A DNA stretch of 64,000 nt from an uncultured Desulfocapsa sp. (GTDB lineage: Bacteria > Desulfobacterota > Desulfobulbia > Desulfobulbales > Desulfocapsaceae): positions 33,765 to 97,764 of the forward strand of contig CAMZLK010000056.1 of the NCBI GenBank assembly GCA_947311475.1, written 5' to 3'. Of this stretch, positions 10,189-20,319 are shown one piece after another. The notes under the pieces were generated by a model that had not been told where the DNA came from, ran no database searches, and saw only the letters and a program-made list of their open reading frames with translations. Both the position numbers and the translations under genes were made by a program. Numbering within the stretch: the first letter of the stretch is position 1; each line of letters begins with the position of its first letter.

Positions 10189-11475
10189 ATGAAATCACTC
10201 CTCTTTATAGTACTGTTTCTCGTCTCGTCTCTATTCTCAAGCACAGCAAACGCAAATAATATTACATACCTGGACATAACCTCCTCAAATACTCGCAGTA
10301 TTAATATAGCAATCCCCTGGTTTGTAAATGATGCACAACCTGCCAGTTTACAGGTGTACGGTCAAAAACTGGCGGATACCCTTGGCAGAGCCCTTAAATT
10401 CCATGGAATCTTTTCTATTATCCCACCTGAAGAATATGGAAGAATTAGGAATGCTAACTGGAAATCCAAAGGAGCCGACTTTGTAGTTCTTGGAAACTAT
10501 AATTTATCTCCTCAAGGTATACAGATGGAGATAAGGCTCCTTGACGTTGCAGGTGGTGATATGCTTATGGGAAAAAGATATAAGGGAAGCAGAAATCACG
10601 AGCAGAAAATGCTCTATAAATTCACAGATGCTGTAATTAAAGAGATGACAGGAGAGAGTGGAATAGCAGCCTCTAAGATTGCCTTTGTTTCTGATAAGAA
10701 TGGGTTTAAAGAAGTGTATACAACAGATATTCTCGGCAACACCATTAAGCAGATAACCCGCCATAAAAATCTGGTTGTGTCCCCCCGTTTTTTGCCTGGA
10801 GGGAGATACCTTACTTACACATCATATCACTCTGGAAACCAAAACCTCTATATCACGGATCTGAATCAGAGCAAAACCACCAGGCCAATTTCTCGCCGCA
10901 AGGGTATGAATTTGGCTCCAGCCTGGTCACCTGATGGCCAAAGAATGATTCTTACCCTTAGTAAAGACGGAAATCCTGATCTTTTCATGTGCAACAGAAA
11001 AGGAAAAATTATCAAACAGCTCACACGTCGTTCAGGAATCAATGTTTCACCTTCATGGTCACCTGACGGTAAACAGATCGCATTTGTTTCTGATCGTAGT
11101 GGCCGACCTCAGATTTATACCATGCAATTGGACAGTGGAAAAGTCCAGAGAATCACCTTTAAAGGCCAGGAAAATGCGGAGCCCAGTTGGTCACCAAAAG
11201 GTAATTTAATCGCCTATTCAAGCCTTATAAACAACTTCTACCAAATTTTCACCACAGCACCCCGCCCCACAAACTCCCCTAGACAAATAACCACAGGCGC
11301 GGGCCACCATGAATCACCAGCATGGTCACCCGACGGAAAACAGATTCTTTTTTCCTACAGATCAGGAAGATCCCAAAAAATTTATGCCATTCTTAAAGAT
11401 GGAAATTATATGAGACAGCTTTTTGATATCAAGGGAAATCAAACCTATCCCCAGTGGACAAGCATCAAAAAGTAG
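10189..11475 (+). CDS. tolB: TolB
   Basis: Signal peptide, N-terminal domain and repeated PD40 motifs (PAWSPDG, PSWSPDG, PSWSPKG). Confidence 0.92.
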   Translation: MKSLLFIVLFLVSSLFSSTANANNITYLDITSSNTRSINIAIPWFVNDAQPASLQVYGQKLADTLGRALKFHGIFSIIPPEEYGRIRNANWKSKGADFVVLGNYNLSPQGIQMEIRLLDVAGGDMLMGKRYKGSRNHEQKMLYKFTDAVIKEMTGESGIAASKIAFVSDKNGFKEVYTTDILGNTIKQITRHKNLVVSPRFLPGGRYLTYTSYHSGNQNLYITDLNQSKTTRPISRRKGMNLAPAWSPDGQRMILTLSKDGNPDLFMCNRKGKIIKQLTRRSGINVSPSWSPDGKQIAFVSDRSGRPQIYTMQLDSGKVQRITFKGQENAEPSWSPKGNLIAYSSLINNFYQIFTTAPRPTNSPRQITTGAGHHESPAWSPDGKQILFSYRSGRSQKIYAILKDGNYMRQLFDIKGNQTYPQWTSIKK

Positions 11476-11517
11476 TTTATTTTTTCCATATTCATTCATT
11501 TAGACCTAGAGACTCCC

Positions 11518-12579
11518 ATGAAAAAAAGATACCTCACCACACTTATTCTTATTGGCCTTATGCCTCTTTTGAGCAACTGTGCATCCCAGGAGGACATCAC
11601 TAACCTGAATTATCATGTCAGATCAATAAATAAAAAACTCGAAGACATGAAGCTTAATACCGTCAACCAGATGCAGCAGCGCCAGGCAACATCTTCCGGA
11701 CAACTTGAACAGTTACAGGCAGATATTCTGCAACTAAAAAGCAGGCTTGAAGAAAATGCCCACATGAACCGTATGATCCAGGAACAGTACAAAGAGTTAC
11801 AGATTTCTGTACAAAATCTCGGGATTCAGCAGGACGAAAAGCTTAACACGAAACTTGCAGAGCTTGATTCAAAGATCCTTACTCAAAAAGAATCACTCAC
11901 TGCAATACAACAGGCACGTGTGCAGGATGCAGAGAGACGAGCAAGGGCCGCAAAGAGAGCAGCCGATGAAGCAATGCGCAAGGCCCAACAGGCAAGTATC
12001 GCTAAAGCCAGTCGCCAGGCACCTGTGGTCTCGTCTTCATCTCCATCAGGTCGTATCAGGCATATTCCCCGGACTTCCAAAAAAATTCTTTTTGAGAGAA
12101 AGGAAGTCGGCGGGTCAGTTGCGAATAAAACAATAAAAGTTAATCCCATCTCAACATCTCCCAGGCAAAGACCAGTCACATCTGCGAACAAGCCAGTTCC
12201 GGCAGCTAAAGATTCAGGAGACACTCTTGCCAGGGCTCAACAGAAATACAGAGACGGTAAATACAAGGAAGCGTACAAACTGTTTGAAAAGATTGCCTCT
12301 AAAAAGGGCCCCACCAAAACAAAGATTACAGCCAGATATATGATGGGTGAAAGTCTCTACAAGCGTGGGGAATATGACCAGGCTATTATTCAATATCAGA
12401 AGATTATCTCAAATTATCCTGGAAATCCACAGGCAGCCAAGGCGCTTCTTCGACAGGGAGAGGCTTTTGAGCAACTCTCAGATATAGAGACTGCAAGAAT
12501 TATCTATAAAAAGATAACAGCTTCCTATGGATCTTCCCCCGAAGCTGAGACAGCAAGAAAGAAAATATCTTCACTCTAA
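11518..12579 (+). CDS. cpoB: CpoB/YbgF cell division coordinator
   Basis: Lipobox-like LLSNC, N-terminal coiled coil, C-terminal TPRs (AIIQYQKIISNYPGNPQAAKALLRQG). Confidence 0.82.
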   Translation: MKKRYLTTLILIGLMPLLSNCASQEDITNLNYHVRSINKKLEDMKLNTVNQMQQRQATSSGQLEQLQADILQLKSRLEENAHMNRMIQEQYKELQISVQNLGIQQDEKLNTKLAELDSKILTQKESLTAIQQARVQDAERRARAAKRAADEAMRKAQQASIAKASRQAPVVSSSSPSGRIRHIPRTSKKILFERKEVGGSVANKTIKVNPISTSPRQRPVTSANKPVPAAKDSGDTLARAQQKYRDGKYKEAYKLFEKIASKKGPTKTKITARYMMGESLYKRGEYDQAIIQYQKIISNYPGNPQAAKALLRQGEAFEQLSDIETARIIYKKITASYGSSPEAETARKKISSL

Positions 12580-12597
12580 GAGTGCTGTACACTTATC

Positions 12598-13326
12598 ATG
12601 ACTAAAATCCGTCTGGATGAACTTCTTGTTCGGAAGGGCCTAAGTACAGACACGGAACAGGCACAACGAATTATTGGTGCTGGTGAAGTTTCTATTGATG
12701 GGCATCGCGCTGACAAAGCCGGTGTCCTTTTCCCGGAGACCGTTACTCCTCGTCTAAAAAAGAAGTGCCCCTATGTTTCACGGGGTGGCTACAAATTGAA
12801 AGGTGGAATCGATACTTTTTCCATCGATCCTTCAGAGATGACATGTGTTGATGTGGGCGCCTCAAGCGGCGGGTTTACCGATTGCCTTCTTCAACACTGT
12901 GCCGCTAAGATATATGCTGTGGATGTGGCATATGGCATGCTTGACTGGAAACTGCGACAGGATCCGAAAGTTGTTGTCATTGAACGGTTCAATGCAAGAA
13001 ATATCAGTAAAAAACAGATCCCTGAGGCCATTGATCTTGCTGTTATTGATGCTGCTTTTATTTCTCTTACAAAACTCATTCCTCCGCTGCTTCCACTGTT
13101 TAGAAAGGACATTGCAATCATTTGTCTGATTAAACCGCAATTTGAGCTCCCCCGGCAACTGATTCCAAAAGGCGGGGTGGTCAAAAACGAAAAGCATCAC
13201 CAACAAGCAGTAAATAAAATACAAGATTTTGCCAAGAGTCTTGGTTTACAGGCAGGAAGGGCTGAATCAAGCCCAATCCTTGGCCCAAAAGGGAACAAGG
13301 AATTTCTCCTTCACATCCACAGCTAA
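12598..13326 (+). CDS. tlyA: TlyA-family rRNA 2'-O-methyltransferase
   Basis: S4 domain, YVSRGGYKL, DVGASSGGFTDCLLQ, LIKPQFE, SPILGPKGNKEFL. Confidence 0.9.
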   Translation: MTKIRLDELLVRKGLSTDTEQAQRIIGAGEVSIDGHRADKAGVLFPETVTPRLKKKCPYVSRGGYKLKGGIDTFSIDPSEMTCVDVGASSGGFTDCLLQHCAAKIYAVDVAYGMLDWKLRQDPKVVVIERFNARNISKKQIPEAIDLAVIDAAFISLTKLIPPLLPLFRKDIAIICLIKPQFELPRQLIPKGGVVKNEKHHQQAVNKIQDFAKSLGLQAGRAESSPILGPKGNKEFLLHIHS

Positions 13327-13333
13327 ATTTGTA

Positions 13334-14755
13334 TTAATTCTCCTCCAGCTTTTCTATTACTTCCTTCATTTTCTTTATTTCACTCTTATGCTCCACGGCC
13401 AGGCCAGATTCTTGTAAAGCACGTTTTATGTTATGTTTAGAAAGTTTTAACCTGCCTTCATAAAGATTATATTTAGCAAGATAAAAGGCAGAATTAGCTT
13501 TTTCACCAATTGCTGCCTTTAATTTACCAATTTCAAAATAGACTTTGGAATAGTCGGGCATATCATCGAGAACTTCTTTAAAATACTTTTCAGCAGCAGC
13601 ATACTTTTTCAGTTCAAATAATGTGCGACCAAGCTGAAACGTAGCCCACATATCATTCCTGTCCTTGTTGTATGCGGTACGAAACAGTGCTAACGCCACC
13701 TGCTGTTTTCCTGCTTCCATCTCAATAATTCCTAAATCAACCAATAGTATGGATTCATTTGGATGGAAATCTATCACTTTCTGTAAATTTTCCTTGCTTG
13801 ATTCATAGTTTTTTTCCATCCGATCGAGCTGAGACAGACCATAATAGAGCATAATCCTGGTATTTTTATCAATTGTAACATTCGCCAGGCCACTTAAAAG
13901 AAAATTCCTTAGCACTTTTCCATCTTTCACAAGGGAAAGGAGTCTATATTTTATACGCAAAAAAGCAAAGTTATCTGTCTGTTTTAGTCCTTCCAGTTCT
14001 TTTTCTTCATAAGCGATCAAAGATTGCACATAATCAAGACGTTCTTCCGGATAGGGGTGGGTGAGAAGATATTGCGGTATATTATTTCCCATGGTGTAGC
14101 GATTTATTCGACGCATAACACGAAGCATGGACTCCTGCCCTGCCGGATTTCGCCCCATATCTTTCATCCAGCCATAAGCAAGACGATCTGCCTCTTCTTC
14201 GTTTTTACGGCTGAAATGAAGATTTGCTGCCTGACCGGCAGCAAGAGAGCCTGTGAGGAGTGCCTGGCTGATGGTTCCAACACCCAGAGCCAGGCTTGCG
14301 AGGGCAAGAAGGGTAGTAGCTACACTAATTTTTGCGCCCTGATCCATACCTTTGGCTATATGGCGCGATACCACATGACCTATTTCATGGGCCAGAACTG
14401 AAACCAGTTCATCCTCCGTATCCATTTTCTCAATGAGTCCGGAAAAGAAGAATACCAGCCCGGAAGGAGCTGCAAAAGCATTGAACTGTGTGGAAGCAAT
14501 GATATTAAAATGGTAATCAAAATACTGAATTCCGGCGACTTCGAGTACCTCTTGTCCCAGTTCATTTATATACTGAGAGATATCAGGATCATCGAGCAGT
14601 GGGAATGCAAGTCTAATTTGATAGAGTAACTTCTGCCCAATTTCCCTTTCTTCACCAACAGTTAAGGCCATGGCTTTTCCAAGGATAGTCGCCTGAAGAA
14701 AAGAAAAAATAAGAAAACAGATAAAATACTTTTGTAAAATTTTCCAGGAAGGCAA
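13334..14755 (-). CDS. M48 family metallopeptidase with TPRs (BepA-like)
   Basis: FNAFAAPSG, AHEIGH zinc motif, SRKNEEEADR, THPYPEER. Probable TTG start at 14755 after GAGGAG; the 14899 start runs through a repeat. Confidence 0.88.
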   Translation of the reverse strand: MPSWKILQKYFICFLIFSFLQATILGKAMALTVGEEREIGQKLLYQIRLAFPLLDDPDISQYINELGQEVLEVAGIQYFDYHFNIIASTQFNAFAAPSGLVFFFSGLIEKMDTEDELVSVLAHEIGHVVSRHIAKGMDQGAKISVATTLLALASLALGVGTISQALLTGSLAAGQAANLHFSRKNEEEADRLAYGWMKDMGRNPAGQESMLRVMRRINRYTMGNNIPQYLLTHPYPEERLDYVQSLIAYEEKELEGLKQTDNFAFLRIKYRLLSLVKDGKVLRNFLLSGLANVTIDKNTRIMLYYGLSQLDRMEKNYESSKENLQKVIDFHPNESILLVDLGIIEMEAGKQQVALALFRTAYNKDRNDMWATFQLGRTLFELKKYAAAEKYFKEVLDDMPDYSKVYFEIGKLKAAIGEKANSAFYLAKYNLYEGRLKLSKHNIKRALQESGLAVEHKSEIKKMKEVIEKLEEN

Positions 14756-14778
14756 TCGTCTTTCTCCTCTTGGTTTTA

Positions 14779-14923
14779 TTAGTGCCTTACTCCATAATTC
14801 ATGCAATAAAAAACAAAAATATGTGAGAGTAAGTAATACCAAACGCGTAAAATGGTCAAAAACAAGATGGACTTGGAAAAACCTTAATATTCGAGGCACT
14901 TACTTGCAGTTTATCTGCGTTAG
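14779..14923 (-). repeat. Repeat family A, copy 2 (reverse), carrying an internal family C module
   Basis: TTAGTGCCTTACTCCATAATTC...GAGGCACTTACTTGCAGTTTATCTGCGTTAG. The internal GATGGACTTGGAAAAACCTTAATATTCGAGGCAC is the reverse complement of 31201-31234 with one mismatch. Confidence 0.85.
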
Positions 14924-14973
14924 AAACCATATTTTTAAGCCCTAAGACAAGCAGATACTCCAAGGGATACTTA

Positions 14974-15981
14974 TCAGGGATCCAGCTTGCTATTTATTTG
15001 GGATGTGATGATATCCATGCCGACACTTGTACTTATTCTAGGTTTGTAGCCCAAATCTTTATTGGCCTTTGCGATGGAAAAATAATGTGATTTAGCGAGT
15101 TGTTCAGCGATAAATCTTGTCATTTTCGGTTCTTTTTGAGGAACAAAAACCTTGTGCAAAATTTCCAGAACAGCACCTGCTCCGTAGGCCAGAGAAAAAG
15201 GTACACTGGATTGTATTGGCGCAACTCCCATTCTTTCAAACAACTCATCAATCCATTGCCAGAGATTTACAGGCTCCCCCTGACTGACAAAATACGCCTG
15301 ACCGGCCGCAGTTTTTGTACTTTCCAGATTTACAGCAGCAAGTAAATGAGCGTCAGCTACATTCTCTACATAGCTGATATCAACAAGATTGTTACAATTA
15401 CCAACTTTTTTCAACTGTCCCTTGCGACCTCTTTCAAGAAGGCGGGGTATCAGATGCGGATCTCCCGGGCCCCAGACTAAATGAGGACGAATTGCACAGG
15501 TCAGAAAGTTTTCATCACTGCTTGAGCTATGAAGAACAATTTTTTCAGCCATGACCTTACTTTCAACATAGTGGCAGAGAAACTTTTGGGCATAAGGAAG
15601 CAATTCATCGCCATTAACAATATCTGCACCATTAAAGACCACAGATGGTGTAGACGTATACACAAGCGAATTAACCTTATTTGTTTTACAAGCAGTTATA
15701 ACATTTTCAGTTCCCAGTACATTTATACGATAATAGTCTTCCCATTTTCCCCAGATACCAGCGAGTGCTGCCACGTGAAACACCGTATCAACACCTTGCG
15801 TTGCATCCAATAAAAATGAAGCATCACAAATGTCGCCACGAAGACAAGTTACCCCCATGGCCTTCAGCTTGGGATAAGCATTACGACCAACCACAACACA
15901 TTGAACCCCGGACTCTTGAAGTTGCTTAACAATATAACTTCCAACGAAGCCGCCACCGCCGGTAACAAGGGCCTTTTTCAT
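14974..15981 (-). CDS. oleD: OleD-like 2-alkyl-3-oxoalkanoate reductase (extended SDR/3-beta-HSD family)
   Basis: TGGGGFVG, HVAALAGIWG, YTSTPSVV, YVESK, RPHLVWGPGD; overlaps oleC. Confidence 0.8.
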   Translation of the reverse strand: MKKALVTGGGGFVGSYIVKQLQESGVQCVVVGRNAYPKLKAMGVTCLRGDICDASFLLDATQGVDTVFHVAALAGIWGKWEDYYRINVLGTENVITACKTNKVNSLVYTSTPSVVFNGADIVNGDELLPYAQKFLCHYVESKVMAEKIVLHSSSSDENFLTCAIRPHLVWGPGDPHLIPRLLERGRKGQLKKVGNCNNLVDISYVENVADAHLLAAVNLESTKTAAGQAYFVSQGEPVNLWQWIDELFERMGVAPIQSSVPFSLAYGAGAVLEILHKVFVPQKEPKMTRFIAEQLAKSHYFSIAKANKDLGYKPRISTSVGMDIITSQINSKLDP

Positions 15982-17615
15982 ATTTTACCTTTCAACTCTT
16001 CTGTTGCCCAGACGCTAAGTTTTTCTCTGAATATTTTGGCATTGTGTCGTATATCCACAGGAAAATCATGATGAACAAGATAGTGTGTAATCTCTTTAGT
16101 TAATAGATTTTCTTCTCCAATCTCCTGTAGTTCCATGATAAGTTGTTCATTGTTGATTTTTGAATCTTTTTCAATCTCAACAATTATTACCGGGATATTG
16201 TCAACTCCAGAAGAAAGGGGGACACCCACCAGAGCTGTTCGAAACACTGCAGGATGAACATTGAAAAGAGCTTCACAGGGAATGGAGAAAAATGTCTTAT
16301 TATATGCCTTGCTGATTACTCTGTGCGCACGCCTGCCACAAAACCAGAGACGTCCTGTTGGATCGAGGTATCCGACATCTCCCATTCGATGCCAGAATTT
16401 TTCACCGTCAACAATTTTTGCTAGTTTATTTTCTTTCGTATTATTTTCATAAGCACGGGTTACAACATCCCCTTGAACTATTATTTCACCTATTTCATCT
16501 GGCCCCAGAAAATCCTGATGATCAAGGACTGGAATAATTTGGTCGCAAATAGGAAGAATCGCAATTTTAATTCCAGGTAAAGGTCTTCCCACACATGTAC
16601 CTTTTCCATGTTTAGTTTGTTCCCAGGTTTCATCAAGCACTTCCCGCCCTTCAATGGATACAATTGGCAAACTCTCAGTTGCACCGTAAGGGGTATGGAT
16701 GGCGGCGTCTTCCGGCAAAACGTTCTGCATTGCAGAAATGAGAGAACCAGAGACAGGAGCACCAGCCATCAACACCTTTTTTACAGTTCTTAATCGCTTG
16801 TCCAGAGGATCACAATATCCTGCTATGACATTCCATAGAGCAGGAGATCCAAATGAATACGTTACCCCATATTTTTGAATTGATGCTGTATAAGTATCAG
16901 GGTTCACCTTGGCTGGACAGGTGGGGTCCATATCGGGGATAACAGCTTGAGCTCCCAGTGCGGTTGAAAAAAGAGCAAACAGCGGAAAGGCAGGTTGGTC
17001 AATATCACCTGGCCCAATGCCGTAATAGTCACGAATCAAATGTAATTGGGCCTGAAAAATGGAATGTTCATATCTGACCCCTTTTGGAGGCCCAGTCGAA
17101 CCAGTGGTAAAGATTATGGCTGCAAGGTCGTCCTGCGATGGCTCGAAGGTTGGATAAGGTGGAGAAATATTTGTTGCAAGTTTAGAGATATCAGGTCCGA
17201 AAATCCCATACGAGGCCCCACAGCAGAATGCGTTTTTTACAGTTCTAAAAGGTTTTCTAAATAAGGTTTTAAACAGATGCGCTTTGGGGATACCGATGAA
17301 CCCCCTGGGTTTAACACCTTCAATACACCTGAGTAGATTTTTGTATCCCATCCCGGGATCAATGAGTATAACGGGAGCGCCAATTTTAAATAATGCAAAG
17401 GTGAGACAGATAAAATCAGCAGAAGGTTTTACCATAAGCATTATACGTTCGCCTGGTTTCACACCTCTATTCGTTAAAATGTGCGCAAAGGAATCAGCTC
17501 TTGCGTTAAGTTCATTAAACCTTAAACTTTTCCCACTGGCTGCTTCAATAAGCCCTACCCTGTCACCATTTTCCTTTGCACTTTCCGCAAGGGTATGGGC
17601 AATATTAAGATTCAC
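15978..17615 (-). CDS. oleC: OleC-like beta-lactone synthetase (ANL/AMP-binding family)
   Basis: IDPGMG, FIGIPKAH, FTTGSTGPPKG, WHRMGDVGY, FPVDIRHNAKIFREKL motifs characteristic of OleC. Confidence 0.85.
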   Translation of the reverse strand: MNLNIAHTLAESAKENGDRVGLIEAASGKSLRFNELNARADSFAHILTNRGVKPGERIMLMVKPSADFICLTFALFKIGAPVILIDPGMGYKNLLRCIEGVKPRGFIGIPKAHLFKTLFRKPFRTVKNAFCCGASYGIFGPDISKLATNISPPYPTFEPSQDDLAAIIFTTGSTGPPKGVRYEHSIFQAQLHLIRDYYGIGPGDIDQPAFPLFALFSTALGAQAVIPDMDPTCPAKVNPDTYTASIQKYGVTYSFGSPALWNVIAGYCDPLDKRLRTVKKVLMAGAPVSGSLISAMQNVLPEDAAIHTPYGATESLPIVSIEGREVLDETWEQTKHGKGTCVGRPLPGIKIAILPICDQIIPVLDHQDFLGPDEIGEIIVQGDVVTRAYENNTKENKLAKIVDGEKFWHRMGDVGYLDPTGRLWFCGRRAHRVISKAYNKTFFSIPCEALFNVHPAVFRTALVGVPLSSGVDNIPVIIVEIEKDSKINNEQLIMELQEIGEENLLTKEITHYLVHHDFPVDIRHNAKIFREKLSVWATEELKGKI

Positions 17616-18607
17616 TCCTGCCCCTCAAAAAAACGCAAAGCAAGGGGTGCAATTTCATCAAAGGCATCTTCCAATATATAGTGGCCATAATTTTCAAAAT
17701 AATGTGCTTCCGCATGGGGGAAACGTTTACACCACTCTTTATAAAAGGAATCATTAAAACAAAAATCTTTCCCGCCCCAACAGATCATCATGGGCAGTTG
17801 TTTTTGCTGAAGTTTTTCAAGTCCTTTTTCAACGGCACACAACGTATCATAAGACGGGTGACCGGAATCAAGGGGGATGTCTTCAACAAATGACGAGACT
17901 GCCACTCTGTTATTCCAGGAGTCGTAGGGTGCAAGATATGCCATGGCAACATCTTTATTCATTTTTTTTCTAACTGCCATCGCAATGGCTGGTCGTGCAA
18001 AACCATTCATACCTCGTACCAGTAATTTTCCAACAACAGGCCACCTGCAAATACTAATTCTTAAAGGAATTTGTTGCGAACAGAAGGCAGCGGTATTTAA
18101 TACCAATGCTCGTTTGATTGAGTCTGGATGTTTACCGGCAACACCCATTCCAATAGCCCCCCCCCAATCATGGACAACGAGAGAAAATTTTTCAACATGG
18201 AGATGCTGCAAAAGGGCATCAAGGTTATCAATGTGGTTTTGCAAACAATAATCATACTTCTGTGGTTTATCAGACAGGCCGCAACCCATATGGTCAATTG
18301 CAATTATCCGATGTTTTGGAGCGAGAAGATTGATCAATCTCCTGTAATAATATGACCAGGTTGGATTGCCGTGAACCATGACAATATTATCACCCTCTCC
18401 TTCATCAACATAATGAAGTTGGTGTTTGCCTATGGTATGATAATTGGATTGAAACTGGTAGTCTGGATACACGATATTTTTTAGATAAAAGTTAAATTTA
18501 GACCAAAACTTAGGCTGACCAAGGAAAAGTGTCAACTGTTTTCCATGAATTAAAGCCGCTAATATTCTTGCTCGCCAAAAGATATACTGTATAGTGCGAA
18601 CACTCAA
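17612..18607 (-). CDS. oleB: OleB-like beta-lactone decarboxylase (haloalkane dehalogenase-like alpha/beta hydrolase)
   Basis: HGNPTWS, DHMGCGLSDKP, VHDWGG nucleophile Asp, GHYILED; coupled to oleC. The true start may be GTG 18472. Confidence 0.8.
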   Translation of the reverse strand: MSVRTIQYIFWRARILAALIHGKQLTLFLGQPKFWSKFNFYLKNIVYPDYQFQSNYHTIGKHQLHYVDEGEGDNIVMVHGNPTWSYYYRRLINLLAPKHRIIAIDHMGCGLSDKPQKYDYCLQNHIDNLDALLQHLHVEKFSLVVHDWGGAIGMGVAGKHPDSIKRALVLNTAAFCSQQIPLRISICRWPVVGKLLVRGMNGFARPAIAMAVRKKMNKDVAMAYLAPYDSWNNRVAVSSFVEDIPLDSGHPSYDTLCAVEKGLEKLQQKQLPMMICWGGKDFCFNDSFYKEWCKRFPHAEAHYFENYGHYILEDAFDEIAPLALRFFEGQE

Positions 18608-18640
18608 TCATGTTCTCCAATTATTACCATGGATTACTAA

Positions 18641-20254
18641 ATGCTTCTTAACATAGACACTTTTAACCTAAGCTTCTTTCTTGATACGGGAAAAAAACAG
18701 ACCGAAAAAAAACAGGTTCTTTTTGATGTATCTCTTACAGTGATGCGTGGTCAAACAGTTGCTCTTGTTGGAGAATCCGGTTCCGGAAAATCCGTAACAG
18801 CCCTTTCCATCCTGCGCCTGCTTGAAGATTCCAGCAAAGTTGAGTGCGACGGTACAATTTGTTTTGAGGACAAAGACGTTTATCAACTGAGTAAAAAAGG
18901 TATCCGCGAGATCCGTGGAAATCGGGTGGCAATGATTTTCCAGGAACCCATGACATCTCTTAATCCTGTTTACTCCATTGGTAATCAACTCATGGAACCG
19001 TTGCTTCTTCACCAGGGGATGAATAAAGTTGATGCCCAAAGGGAAGCAATCAGACTCCTGAAACGGACAGGAATAAAAGAAGCATCAGCACGTATGAATC
19101 TTTTTCCACATCAATTATCCGGTGGACAGCGGCAAAGAATAATGATTGCCATGGCACTTGCCTGCAGACCATCTTTACTGATCGCAGATGAGCCTACAAC
19201 TGCCCTTGATGTGACTATCCAAGCACAGATTCTTGATTTAATAAAAGATTTACAAGTTGAATTTGGTATGGCACTTCTGCTTATTACCCACGATCTTACC
19301 ATGGTACGAAAAATTGCAGAGCATGTTCATATCATGAAAGATGGAAAAATCGTTGAACATGGAAAAACTGAGAATATTTTCAAAAGCCCCGAACATCCAT
19401 ACACAATCCATTTGATGGACTCAGTCCCCCATGAACGCCGCATTATACGATCCCAAAACAACCCTCTTATTGAACTCGATAATGTAAATTGCAGATTCAG
19501 GTTAAAAGATGGCTGGAAGGGGTTTATGCGGCGTAATTACAAAATCATTCGTGCAGTTGATCAGGTGAGCTTAACAATTCATCGTGGAACGACATTCGGG
19601 CTCGTGGGGGAATCAGGATCGGGGAAATCAACCCTTGCCAATGCAATACTCAAACTTATCCAAAGCACAGGCGCCATCACATTTAAGGGAAAAGACCTTC
19701 AACCCCTGTCAACTGCTGCAATGCGCCCATTGCGAAAATATCTTCAAATTGTTTTTCAAGACCCATTTTCTTCTCTTTCCCCACGACTTTCCATTGAACA
19801 GATAATTGGTGAAGGTATGAAGGTTCATAATATTGGTGGAAATACTGCAGAGCGTAGGGAAATTGTCGCCAATACACTTGAGGAAGTTGGTCTAACAACT
19901 GATATGATGCATCGCTTTCCCCACGAATTTTCAGGAGGCCAACGTCAACGAATTGCCATTGCAAGATCGATTGTATTAAAACCTGATTTTTTAGTACTTG
20001 ATGAGCCAACCTCAGCACTCGACATGACAATCCAGAAGCAAATCCTTGAACTTCTAAAAGAGCTTCAGGAAAAATATGCAATCACTTATCTTTTCATTTC
20101 CCATGATTTACGAGTAGTCCGCGCTCTTGCTGATCATGTTGCTGTCATGCGAAATGGATTTATTGTAGAATCAGGGCAGGCAGACACACTGTTTCAATCA
20201 CCCAGACATCACTACACTAAACGCCTGTTTGAAGCTGCTCTGGGCTCCAGGTAA
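18641..20254 (+). CDS. Dual-domain ABC ATPase of the peptide/nickel transporter type (YejF-like)
   Basis: Two Walker A motifs (GESGSGKS), LSGGQRQR/FSGGQRQR signatures, DEPT Walker B. Confidence 0.9.
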   Translation: MLLNIDTFNLSFFLDTGKKQTEKKQVLFDVSLTVMRGQTVALVGESGSGKSVTALSILRLLEDSSKVECDGTICFEDKDVYQLSKKGIREIRGNRVAMIFQEPMTSLNPVYSIGNQLMEPLLLHQGMNKVDAQREAIRLLKRTGIKEASARMNLFPHQLSGGQRQRIMIAMALACRPSLLIADEPTTALDVTIQAQILDLIKDLQVEFGMALLLITHDLTMVRKIAEHVHIMKDGKIVEHGKTENIFKSPEHPYTIHLMDSVPHERRIIRSQNNPLIELDNVNCRFRLKDGWKGFMRRNYKIIRAVDQVSLTIHRGTTFGLVGESGSGKSTLANAILKLIQSTGAITFKGKDLQPLSTAAMRPLRKYLQIVFQDPFSSLSPRLSIEQIIGEGMKVHNIGGNTAERREIVANTLEEVGLTTDMMHRFPHEFSGGQRQRIAIARSIVLKPDFLVLDEPTSALDMTIQKQILELLKELQEKYAITYLFISHDLRVVRALADHVAVMRNGFIVESGQADTLFQSPRHHYTKRLFEAALGSR

Positions 20255-20319
20255 AACCATTTATTTTCTTTTTGAAGGGGGAATCGCAACAACAGAATTG
20301 ATACTGATTAAAAAAAAGA

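Noticed and set aside
14756-14899. N-terminal extension of the M48 peptidase ORF
   Set aside because: It runs through a family A repeat; a GAGGAG-preceded TTG at 14755 gives a normal signal-bearing start.
17612-18607. Haloalkane dehalogenase
   Set aside because: The fold is the same, but overlap with oleC and oleD indicates OleB.
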